From: Methanoregula sp.
GTDB taxonomy: Archaea; Halobacteriota; Methanomicrobia; Methanomicrobiales; Methanospirillaceae
Length of the DNA stretch: 40,000 bases
NCBI RefSeq assembly: GCF_041645475.1
Contig: NZ_JBAZQA010000002.1
Coordinates: 227,320 to 267,319 of the forward strand
Direction of reading: 5' to 3'
The notes below the pieces were generated by a model that saw only the letters and a list, made by a program, of their open reading frames with translations, did not search any database and had not been told where the DNA came from. Each line of letters opens with the position of its first letter. Position 1 is the stretch's first letter. A program made the position numbers and the translations under genes. Positions 8,496 to 16,948 of this stretch are shown piece by piece.

Positions 8496-9677
8496 TTAAT
8501 TAGAAATAATCGAAATTAAAACATCTTGCTCTATCGATTTTTTATCCAGATCTAAAGATACATCTAATGCTTGACTGGAAAGCGAAATGACTCGTCGTGT
8601 ATTTCCCTGCGAATGGATGTAAATTTGTTCAATGGATCTCTCAGTAAATGGAGAGAATGAATCATTTTTCTTTGTTCGTTTGTTATTCAGATAGGATATC
8701 AAGAGCATCCGGATCTTTTCCTGATCAAGAGGTTTGAGATTCGCTTCTTTACCGATTCGTTCTGAGAACGCATGATACTCAGCAACAATATTCTGCCAGA
8801 CTTCCGGTGCACAAGCGATGATGAGGGATAATCCCTCCCCGTTGAGATCGATAACGTGCCGGAGATAATTGAGCATTTTTTGTTTCTTCAATGAAGGGAG
8901 TGTTTCTATGTATTCAAATTCATCAATGAGAAGTATGAGCGAAGAAAAACCAAGCTCCTTAAGAATAAATTTTAGAGATCCCAATGCTCGAATTGAATTG
9001 GTATCATTGATATTTTTTCCAAGAGAAAGCTCCTGCCGTTTTGTATATTCTACACCCTCCCCACATAGCCACTCCCAAGAATAGATGGAGTTTTCTTCAT
9101 AGGATAATGCAATGAAAGCACGTGTATAATCGACGAATTTAATTCCATCATTAAGTCGTTGAATAGCCTTTGGAACAATATCTGAGATAAGTACATCTCC
9201 TTTTTCAATCTGTTTCCAACCTTGTCCTTTCCGGATTTTTTCTTCGATCAATCCTTCTTTCGATAATTGGTACGCGATAAGGCCGAGATATTCTTGGGAG
9301 ATATGTTTGACAAATGAATATCCAAGATCATACATAAATTTTGTATAGATATCGAGAAAATTCTCACCAGGTTGAGAGACATATCCAACACAGATCGGGG
9401 TATCGGATTTTTCCGAGAATTGATCTCGGATATGAGATTTAATGAATTTCAATGTATGACTTTTTCCATTCCCATATGAGCCTGTCACAATTATATGATT
9501 TGACTGTCCAGTGAGGACTGTCGATGATAATACCGAATTAATTTTTGTGAGAACCTCATCCTGTCCGATATACACATTGGGATGTTCATCAGGAACCCCG
9601 GAAAACGGAAAGGGGTTTCCAGTTAGCCCGTACTTTGAGTAATCTTTATTTTTTAATGTCAAAGTAAATTCAGTCAA
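8496..9677 (-). CDS. AAA-type ATPase with ExeA/AAA_22-like N-terminal signature
   Basis: YSKYGLTGNPFPFSG…, then Walker A VTGSYGNGKSHT and Walker B LILLIDEFEYI. Only TTG starts (9677 or 9662) precede the conserved N-terminus. It overlaps the upstream gene by 8 nt. Confidence 0.75.
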   Translation of the reverse strand: MTEFTLTLKNKDYSKYGLTGNPFPFSGVPDEHPNVYIGQDEVLTKINSVLSSTVLTGQSNHIIVTGSYGNGKSHTLKFIKSHIRDQFSEKSDTPICVGYVSQPGENFLDIYTKFMYDLGYSFVKHISQEYLGLIAYQLSKEGLIEEKIRKGQGWKQIEKGDVLISDIVPKAIQRLNDGIKFVDYTRAFIALSYEENSIYSWEWLCGEGVEYTKRQELSLGKNINDTNSIRALGSLKFILKELGFSSLILLIDEFEYIETLPSLKKQKMLNYLRHVIDLNGEGLSLIIACAPEVWQNIVAEYHAFSERIGKEANLKPLDQEKIRMLLISYLNNKRTKKNDSFSPFTERSIEQIYIHSQGNTRRVISLSSQALDVSLDLDKKSIEQDVLISIISN

Positions 9678-10512
9678 TTAGTTCACCGCCGTGATATGCA
9701 ACATAGTAGTATGATTTTGGTCCAACATTCAGACCGTTGAGATACTGATTTGAGGATAGTTTCATCGTTATTTTATCAGGGAGTTCGAGGAAATGTACAT
9801 TCTTCACTTTGTTAGCTGATCGTTTGGCGTGGGTTGTGACCGGAGCTCCTGCAAGCTCAATCTTTCCGATATTTTTCATACACAGCTGAATGAATCGTGA
9901 ATCAAAGGAGTCCCGGGAAATCCTCATATTCTGGCAGATATACTCGCGGATCTTGGGAATTTCTACATATCTTTGCCGGAGAGAAAGTCCGGTTTTGATA
10001 TTGAGCGATTGATAGGAATCGAGAAAGGCGGGGATAATAGAGGATGATAACTCAGTGATGGTAAAATATTGGTTGGTGAAGATATTACGTTGAATGGATC
10101 CGATACGTTCTCCCCAATCGCATAATACATCACAGGAGGCCTGATTGAAGTGAACCGGAGAAGATTGCAGGCAAGTAAGAATCTCTTCAGGTGTGGAAGG
10201 TTCAATTGATTGAAGTTGAGTGAAAAATGTCTGATAAAATGAGTAATCCATCATCAAATTATGAATACTAATCCAATTGTTTGTCCGAATATCATCTAGA
10301 AATTCAGAACCTTTTTTTGTTTCATAATATTGTGTCCCATCTTTTTCTAACAACCCAATATTCACAATCTCATCAGCAACATCTTTTCCGCGCTCTTCAG
10401 AAGATTTTAGAAATGTCGTTAGCTCTTGTTTTGAAAACGCTCTTGTCATCTCGGCGAAATAAAGTGTTTCCACAACACGACTCAACGTGACCGGGCGCAT
10501 CGTAAGCCTCAT
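9670..10512 (-). CDS. Hypothetical protein with N-terminal winged-helix-like segment
   Basis: 280 aa. SKQELTTFLKSSEERGKDVADEIVNIGLLEKDGTQYYETKKGSEFL resembles a MarR-like wHTH. The rest is unrecognised. It is translationally coupled on both sides (ATGA overlap at 10509-10512; 8-nt overlap at 9670-9677). Confidence 0.5.
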   Translation of the reverse strand: MRLTMRPVTLSRVVETLYFAEMTRAFSKQELTTFLKSSEERGKDVADEIVNIGLLEKDGTQYYETKKGSEFLDDIRTNNWISIHNLMMDYSFYQTFFTQLQSIEPSTPEEILTCLQSSPVHFNQASCDVLCDWGERIGSIQRNIFTNQYFTITELSSSIIPAFLDSYQSLNIKTGLSLRQRYVEIPKIREYICQNMRISRDSFDSRFIQLCMKNIGKIELAGAPVTTHAKRSANKVKNVHFLELPDKITMKLSSNQYLNGLNVGPKSYYYVAYHGGELID

Positions 10513-11540
10513 ACAAAACCTCCGACTTTAGATTTTGCATATTTGTACGCAATTTTAATCTGAGCGCTATTCATGAAACGATAATCAAGGTACGATTCAA
10601 GATCGCCTTCAAGAATGTGCATCTTCAATTTTCTGATTTCATATGAGATCATCCAGAGGTTATGCATCCCGATAAGTCGTCGTTGAGATCGAACTTGTTC
10701 AAAGGAATTTTTACTACAAACCGGACAAACACAGGGAAGCATTTCAGTTTGTGGCAATTCATTGAATGCAAATGATTTCTGTTCCGGAGCAAAGTATACC
10801 CGATTTGATCCGGCGGATAGGAAGGATGATGAATCGAATGAATCAACACCAAGGTATGTCAACAAGGGAATCATTGCTGGTCCACCTAATCCGAACACAT
10901 GCAATGGTTTCTCCCCGGTCCGTTTTCTGATAGCGAGGATAAGGTCAATAAGATGACGATAATTCGATCGTTTTAAAATTAATCCCCCGATTGCAAATCC
11001 ATTAAAATTTCCTTTACGGTTGAGATAATCGATCATATTCGTCATTACTTTGATATCATTGCCGTGAATGACTGCATAGAGGAGCATATCTTCTCGCTCT
11101 CGGTTTTTCGAAGCGAGGAGGGCATTTTTTACTGTTCTTTGGATATACTCAGCATGTTTATCGTCAGAAATATTGTCAGTGATGAAAACAGGTGCATCGA
11201 GTGTTGCGGCGATATCGGCGCCAATTTCTTCCTGGATTCGTAAAATTTCTAGTGGATCTATAATTGCATTATTCAAACGACTTTGTAATCCGCCACTATC
11301 TGCAAAAAAGATCCCGTTAAATTGGAAATGGTTATGAAGTCCTTTTGTACTTATTCGTTTGAATTTTTCTGATTTACTTATATAATGGGCATTCACAAGC
11401 ATTGTTCTCATTTCAGGAATTTCATTCCAATATTTCGGAAATGATCCGGTTCCTTGTTTATTCAGATGAAATACAGGAAAGAAGATCGGAGTTTCTAAGT
11501 TACCGTGCGCAGTTTCTATAATTTTAATATTAAACGGCAT
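10509..11540 (-). CDS. Catalytic-domain-only tRNA-guanine-transglycosylase family protein (DpdA-like)
   Basis: HGNLETPIFFPV, FFADSGGLQS, GFAIGGL, LHVFGLGGP, GVDSFDSSS and zinc motif CVCPVCS-x17-H. At 343 aa it has no PUA or other C-terminal tRNA-binding domains. Confidence 0.8.
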   Translation of the reverse strand: MPFNIKIIETAHGNLETPIFFPVFHLNKQGTGSFPKYWNEIPEMRTMLVNAHYISKSEKFKRISTKGLHNHFQFNGIFFADSGGLQSRLNNAIIDPLEILRIQEEIGADIAATLDAPVFITDNISDDKHAEYIQRTVKNALLASKNREREDMLLYAVIHGNDIKVMTNMIDYLNRKGNFNGFAIGGLILKRSNYRHLIDLILAIRKRTGEKPLHVFGLGGPAMIPLLTYLGVDSFDSSSFLSAGSNRVYFAPEQKSFAFNELPQTEMLPCVCPVCSKNSFEQVRSQRRLIGMHNLWMISYEIRKLKMHILEGDLESYLDYRFMNSAQIKIAYKYAKSKVGGFV

Positions 11541-11558
11541 TTGAAATACACCACTTAT

Positions 11559-11589
11559 TGATTAGCCTAATTTATAGTTTAGCTAATCA
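11559..11589. promoter_or_regulatory. Inverted repeat TGATTAGC-n15-GCTAATCA enclosing a bidirectional TATA-like element in the divergent promoter region
   Basis: Perfect 8-bp arms (11559-11566 and 11582-11589). The spacer CTAATTTATAGTTTA reads TTTATA on the + strand and TATAAA on the - strand. It sits between the minus-strand operon start (11540) and the wHTH-queC operon (11619). Confidence 0.4.
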
Positions 11590-11618
11590 TAACTATAAGT
11601 ATCTTTTGAAATAATGTT

Positions 11619-11900
11619 GTGAAGGATATGGTATCATTTATTCCAAAATTTCTTTTAACAGATCTCGCGGTGTTATTTTCAAAATTTGGTTACAACGAAT
11701 TTGCTTTTCAAAATGCACTCGAATTGCTTTCACATGATTATAGATATACCTCAATAATTTTATCAAAACTTGAAAAATCGGGATATATTTCAAAACGTCA
11801 GGATCCTTCAGATGGGAGAAAAAGATTCTACAAAATTAATAAAATTAATTTTGAGGATATCATGAAAGAAATAGGAGGAAACAGGAGGGAGAGTAAATGA
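11619..11900 (+). CDS. Small winged-helix (MarR-like) transcriptional regulator
   Basis: YTSIILSKLEKSGYISKRQDPSDGRKRFYKINK is a typical wHTH recognition helix plus wing. ATGA overlap with queC. The start is GTG 11619 or ATG 11628. Confidence 0.65.
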   Translation: MKDMVSFIPKFLLTDLAVLFSKFGYNEFAFQNALELLSHDYRYTSIILSKLEKSGYISKRQDPSDGRKRFYKINKINFEDIMKEIGGNRRESK

Positions 11901-12553
11901 ACTCACGTGCTGTGATAATTCTATCCGGGGGAATGGACAGTACAACTCTTCTTTATGATCTCATCAACCAGAAATACTCAATCCATGCAGTCACTTTCGA
12001 TTATGGACAGAAACATAAAAAAGAGATTTCCTATGCGATAAAAACCTGTGAGCGATTAAAAATTCCACAGAAGATAATTGATATAAATATTCTGAATGAT
12101 CTCGCACCATCTTCACTAACGCGAACCGATTGGGAAGTCCCTGAGGGGAATTATGCAGATAACAACATGAAGCAGACCGTTGTTCCCAACCGGAACATGG
12201 TTCTGCTTAGTCTTGCTGCAGCTTTCGCAATTGGGATCAAAGCCACTCACCTATATTACGGTGCACATTCTGGAGATCATGCAATTTATCCGGATTGCCG
12301 ACCGTCATTCGTTAGCGCAATGGCGACTGCATTTCATCTCTGCGACTGGGATGATCTGACCTTATCTGTACCATATCTTCAGATGTCCAAAGGAGATATT
12401 GTCAAACGCGGATTGTCCCTCGGTGTTGATTATTCCAATACATGGACGTGTTACAAAGGAGAGGAAAAATCCTGTGGAAAATGTGGCTCGTGCGATGAAC
12501 GATTAGCTGCGTTTCGGGAAGCAGGTGTAGACGATCCGTTGGAATATCAATAA
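11897..12553 (+). CDS. queC: 7-cyano-7-deazaguanine synthase QueC
   Basis: PP-loop ILSGGMDSTT, FDYGQKH, and the C-terminal zinc cluster CYKGEEKSCGKCGSCDER. The length (218 aa) is typical. Confidence 0.92.
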   Translation: MNSRAVIILSGGMDSTTLLYDLINQKYSIHAVTFDYGQKHKKEISYAIKTCERLKIPQKIIDINILNDLAPSSLTRTDWEVPEGNYADNNMKQTVVPNRNMVLLSLAAAFAIGIKATHLYYGAHSGDHAIYPDCRPSFVSAMATAFHLCDWDDLTLSVPYLQMSKGDIVKRGLSLGVDYSNTWTCYKGEEKSCGKCGSCDERLAAFREAGVDDPLEYQ

Positions 12554-12652
12554 TTTCCCATTTTTGCATATCAATCTCAAATTAATCACCGGATTTAAAT
12601 ATTTGATTCGCATGATTGTTAATTAAAAAAAACCATCGTGTGATGATGACCT

Positions 12653-13039
12653 ATGGGTAGATATGGAGAATGTGCAATTCTTGCAACAAAATTCTTAGCA
12701 GAAAAGAATATAAAAAATCCAAGGGACGCATGGGAACTAGCTATTTCTAAATTAGTGAAGAATGACCCGAGTGAATGGGTCATGAAGAAGGGATGTCCAA
12801 GAGCTGCATTCCTTAGCCTTTGTGAGGAGGGCCTTGTTCGAGGAGTGGACTGTGGAAAATATACGAGATCAACTAAAAATTAGGCATATGCATTAAATGC
12901 TGTAAAGGAATTAGGTCAAATCTCAAAACCAGTTAAACAATTGGAATTATGGCGAAAAATAGGAAATCAATTTGCTCATTCAGGACAGATGGACGTCGTT
13001 CTATCCCTATGGGACAATGATCTAATTTTGAAAAAATAA
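12653..13039 (+). pseudogene. Conserved-looking hypothetical gene interrupted by a single in-frame TAG (12881-12883)
   Basis: After the TAG the same frame stays open and protein-like to TAA 13037-13039 (…YTRSTKN*AYALNAVKELGQISKPVKQLELWRKIGNQFAHSGQMDVVLSLWDNDLILKK). The KGCPRAAFLSLCEEGLV and QMDVV segments resemble a family I recall as DUF6979-like. Confidence 0.55.
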
Positions 13040-13295
13040 TTTTTTTGGGATCCAGTCCTACACGGATCTTCTTTATTGGTGTTAAATCACCAGTCATCTT
13101 AAAAATTATATCTCTTTCATGCTTCTTCATCCAATCAATCCCCGATTATCCAACCATAACAATCTTCCCCCCCCCGCCCCCACAAGCGCCGCATACGTTG
13201 TCTCCATCTCAACCTCATTCGGCATAAAAAGAAAAACTCACCCGGCCCCGAGTCCAGCCGAAAGTTATTCACTAGCAACCGGTGGGGTACTTCGC

Positions 13296-16200
13296 CTAAA
13301 TCCCCTTCCCCGCCTTCTTCATAAACCACGCCGGAATCTCCGCATCCAACCGCCACACAATACTCATCGGCTTACTCCCCTCGTGACTCACATACCTCGC
13401 CGTACCTAAGCACACAAACGGCTGCGAAACATTCCCGACCTTATTGAACTCCCGGACAAACAGCAGCACCTTTGAACCACTTATGTACCGCTGCCCCGTA
13501 GGAGACGATGCCGATGTTGTGCTCTGGGACTGCCAGTGAAAGAGCCGCTCGCTTATCGCGTAATCGTTGTACATCGTGGACGGCGAGAAATGCTTCTCGG
13601 ATTTATTGAGCGTGATGAAAAACACATCCAGATTCTTCTCCCGGAGATACAACACACCCTCGCGTTTGCCGGCAACGCTGATCTGGAATGGCGTCCAATG
13701 CCCGAGCCCCGCAAAGATCTGGTCGCGGGAATAGGTACAGTGAAGGGACAACCCGGCGGGGAACCCGAGGTCGAGCGGGCCTTCGAGCACTTCGGTCTTA
13801 TCTTCCAAGTACGCAAGGAGGCTGTCAATCTCGCGGGTCATCCAGTCAACCGAAAGGAACGGCTGCATACCCGTGAGGAGATCCGTGGTCCCCGCAAGTG
13901 GCTGCGTGTGGAATGAATAGTAGAGTATCGCAAGACAGGTGTCACGCCGGGGATCTTCCTTTCCGGCAAACTCAAAACTTTTCATTGCAAGGAACTGTCG
14001 GATGAACCGGATCATCGAGACCGAGTTGAGCGGCAGCAACCGTCTCGCAGCAGTGACAATGCGTTCCTCCTCATCGGGCGTAGGAGCGGAACACAGATGA
14101 GCCTCAGCACACAATTGCCGGAAACTCGACCGCCCGTAGATCTCCCGGGGTTCGAGCACAAAATATTCTAAGAAATTCCCAACCTCCAGCGCCTTCCCGG
14201 ACTCCGCTTCGAACCGGGCAATCTTCTGCACCAGCCCCTTCCGTCGGGTGAGCGATTGTTCAATATGCGCAAGGACCGTCTGTTGCGCAACCTTCTCCAG
14301 GCTGATGAAACAACCCCGGGGAAGGGAAAATGTATTCTCCCGAATCTGCTGCACGAGCGGCACATGCGCATCCGCCAACAGGGCCCGGTACTTTGCATCG
14401 AAATGATAATTCGCATGCTGCCGCCCGACAAAATCCAGCACCGTGAGACATTCCTTCCCCTCACAGAGCCGGAGCCCCCGGCCCAACTGTTGGAGAAAGA
14501 CGGTCATGCTCTCGGTGGGACGGAGGAATAGGATCGTGTTCACTTCGGGAATATCCACACCTTCGTTGTACAGGTCAACAACGAAAATAAACCGGATCTC
14601 TTTTGCCCTTAATTGTTTCTGGACCGATCTCCGCAAGTCATCCAAGCTTTCGGAACTCAAGGAGACTGAGGGAATACCAATTTTCGTGAAGATCTCCGCC
14701 ATATAGTTTGCATGCTCGATACTCACACAAAACCCGAGGCCGATGATATCGTCAATATCTGTGACATATTTCTTGAGCGAATCCGCAATAAGACCCGCTC
14801 GGGTATCATTCCCCGTATAGCGTTTCGAGAGTACGCTCTGGTTGTATCTTCCTCGGGTCCATTCCACATCATCGAGATCAACCGAATCCGCGACACCAAA
14901 ATAATGGAAGGGTGCAAGGAGATTTCTCCCAATGGCTTCCGCAAGCCGAATCTCCGCTGCAATCCGGCCATCGAAATATCCCATGATGTCCAGATTATCC
15001 ATCCTCTCGGGAGTTGCTGTCAGCCCCAACAGAATCTTCGGCTGGTAATGGGATAGGAGACGCTGGTACGATGCCGCTGCCGCGTGATGGAATTCATCCA
15101 CGATGATAAAATCATAATGATCGAGTGCAGTCCGGTCGGAAAATTTCGTACTGTTGAACGTCTGGATCGACATGAAGACGTGATCGGTCTGCGCAGGAAT
15201 CCTACCCGCGACCGCAATATCCCCAAAGTTCTGGTCTTTCAAAATTCCCCGGAATGTCTGGAGACTCTGCTTTAAGATCTCCTCGCGGTGCGCAACGAAG
15301 AGCAGCCGGGCCCGAGGATTCTTCTCCCGGAAGCGGCGGAAGTCGAATGCCGAGATAACGGTCTTTCCGGTTCCTGTTGCCGCCACGACGAGGTTCTTGT
15401 AATGGTTGTGGATCGTTCGTTCCGCTTCAAGGCGTTCGAGAATCTCTTTCTGGAAGGGGAATGGGGTGATGTCGAAAAAGTACGAGTTGCCATCATCTCC
15501 GGGTACTTTCCGTTCCTTGCGAACCGCCTCTTCAAAGGTTGCCCGGTCGTTCTCTGTATATCTCAAAAACTCCGGGTCATTCCAGTAACTCTCAAACGAT
15601 GCCTGGATCTTCCGGATGAGCGGCTTTGCATCTTTCTCCGTCAGCTTGACGTTCCACTCAAGTCCCGACGTGATAGCGGGATTCGAGATATTCGATGACC
15701 CGACATATGCGGTCGAGAACCCGGACTCCCGTTCGAAAAAGTAAGCTTTGGCGTGGAGCCGTGTATGTGCTGTATCGTAGGAGATCCGTACCTCTGTATT
15801 CGGTAACGAAGAAAGGAAATTGATTGCCTTGATTTCGGTTGCACCCGTATAGGCAGTCGTGATCACCCGCAACCGGCCCTTTGTACAGAATTGTTTCAGT
15901 TCCTCCATGAGAAGCCGGATACCACTCCATTTAATGAATGAGACGAGGAGATCAATCCGGTCAGCCGACAGGATCTCAGCCTTAAATTCCTGAATCAGGT
16001 TGGGTTCAAGTGAGGAGCCGGTGAACAGGCTGCTTTGCGCAAGGGGGGTGACGGGCCGGGCTGATGATCCTTTTTCGTCGCCGACCGAAAAGAGAATTTC
16101 TCCATCGCCCGATATCACACACTCGCCAAGACATTCTTCGTTCGTAATCGATGCAAGCAGTCTGATGATCTCATTACAGCAGGTGATTTGTTCTGTGGCT

Positions 16201-16388
16201 GACCCTTCTGAATTCTCCAGGAACGTGAGAGACTTCTTTAGGATCGGGCCGAGGTACTGAGCGAGAAGAACGGGCGAATCGAAATTTTTCAGGGTGTCCT
16301 TGCGGATTGTTTTATTCTGCCCACGAAGTTTTTCTTCAAGATGAGTGTTGATCAGTTGTTCGTAGAGACCAGGAGGGAGTGATTTCAT
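13296..16388 (-). CDS. PLD-family nuclease domain + SF2 (DEAD/DEAH, ResIII-type) helicase + C-terminal DUF3427 fusion protein
   Basis: HKD motif RLHAKAYFF…VGSSNIS, Walker A VVAATGTGKT, and DEFH box IIVDEFHHAAA. The C-terminal block (FFITLNKSEKHFSPSTMYNDYAISERLFHWQSQS…VLLFVRE) is typical of DUF3427. Confidence 0.85.
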   Translation of the reverse strand: MKSLPPGLYEQLINTHLEEKLRGQNKTIRKDTLKNFDSPVLLAQYLGPILKKSLTFLENSEGSATEQITCCNEIIRLLASITNEECLGECVISGDGEILFSVGDEKGSSARPVTPLAQSSLFTGSSLEPNLIQEFKAEILSADRIDLLVSFIKWSGIRLLMEELKQFCTKGRLRVITTAYTGATEIKAINFLSSLPNTEVRISYDTAHTRLHAKAYFFERESGFSTAYVGSSNISNPAITSGLEWNVKLTEKDAKPLIRKIQASFESYWNDPEFLRYTENDRATFEEAVRKERKVPGDDGNSYFFDITPFPFQKEILERLEAERTIHNHYKNLVVAATGTGKTVISAFDFRRFREKNPRARLLFVAHREEILKQSLQTFRGILKDQNFGDIAVAGRIPAQTDHVFMSIQTFNSTKFSDRTALDHYDFIIVDEFHHAAAASYQRLLSHYQPKILLGLTATPERMDNLDIMGYFDGRIAAEIRLAEAIGRNLLAPFHYFGVADSVDLDDVEWTRGRYNQSVLSKRYTGNDTRAGLIADSLKKYVTDIDDIIGLGFCVSIEHANYMAEIFTKIGIPSVSLSSESLDDLRRSVQKQLRAKEIRFIFVVDLYNEGVDIPEVNTILFLRPTESMTVFLQQLGRGLRLCEGKECLTVLDFVGRQHANYHFDAKYRALLADAHVPLVQQIRENTFSLPRGCFISLEKVAQQTVLAHIEQSLTRRKGLVQKIARFEAESGKALEVGNFLEYFVLEPREIYGRSSFRQLCAEAHLCSAPTPDEEERIVTAARRLLPLNSVSMIRFIRQFLAMKSFEFAGKEDPRRDTCLAILYYSFHTQPLAGTTDLLTGMQPFLSVDWMTREIDSLLAYLEDKTEVLEGPLDLGFPAGLSLHCTYSRDQIFAGLGHWTPFQISVAGKREGVLYLREKNLDVFFITLNKSEKHFSPSTMYNDYAISERLFHWQSQSTTSASSPTGQRYISGSKVLLFVREFNKVGNVSQPFVCLGTARYVSHEGSKPMSIVWRLDAEIPAWFMKKAGKGI

Positions 16389-16599
16389 CAGACTTGCCTT
16401 TTAGTGAGATTGTATTTGGGAGTGATTAAGATGTCAGGTTTTACTTTTTTTCACTCAATCCGATCTCCTCAAATTATCCTTTCATATTTTTTATTTTACT
16501 CTCAAAAACGTGGAGTTTTTTTAAAATCCTAAAATCACTTCGTCACCATCACATTTACAGGATGATTCAAGTGTTCCAACCGGTTTACGTCCAGCACAG

Positions 16600-16880
16600 G
16601 CTCTATGGCTTATCTATACGGCCCCAGTTCTCTCTGGCCGGGGCAAAGCCCCCTGGAGCGTCTCTCCTTCAGCAAAACCCAAGCCCCCTCTTCGCGAGAG
16701 TACTATTCCAGCCCACGGGCCCGGGGGCAAAGGAGCCAGCGAAAACAGGGCCGATTTCGTACAGACCCGGGGGACCCGGAGAGCGGCTCGCAAACCCGCG
16801 ACCCCCATTGCAGACGTGGCAGCGTTTAACACGATCGTCCAGTCGGTTCTTCCCGACAACCCTGCTGCGAGAAATCATAT
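16600..16880 (+). repeat. Decayed copy of the 39.38-39.65 kb region (end of repeat A, repeat C, and the 5' part of ORF 39518 without its ATG)
   Basis: CCTTCAGCAAAAYYCAAG…GAGTAC…hairpin GCCCCGG/CCGGGGC…GATTTCGTA aligns between 16664-16764 and 39435-39544. Weaker similarity continues (AACCCGC…ATTG.A.ACGT…CCGACAACC) to ~16880 and ~39650. Confidence 0.45.
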
Positions 16881-16948
16881 CAATTTTTAATTTCAGGGAC
16901 GCCCACCCCGGCCGGGGCAAAACCCCGATGAGCATCAAACCCCCCACC

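Noticed and set aside
3280-12553. Interpreting the cluster as a standard type IV CBASS, Qat or canonical Dpd system
   Set aside because: I could find no CD-NTase-like G[SG]…[DE]h[DE] nucleotidyltransferase signature, no TatD-like nuclease, and no ParB-like DpdB or DUF328 DpdC. The gene set does not fit those templates, hence the proposal of a distinct architecture.
12881-12883. In-frame TAG (also the one at 19995-19997) as pyrrolysine codons
   Set aside because: TAG is used as an ordinary stop by backbone genes here (for example 13296-13298 and 31481-31483). No pyl genes or PYLIS-like context are visible, and the lineage suggested by the gene content is not known to me as a Pyl decoder. Nonsense mutation is the simpler reading.
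12933-13130. 65-aa minus-strand ORF
   Set aside because: It overlaps the protein-like continuation of the amber-interrupted plus-strand gene and has no recognisable features.
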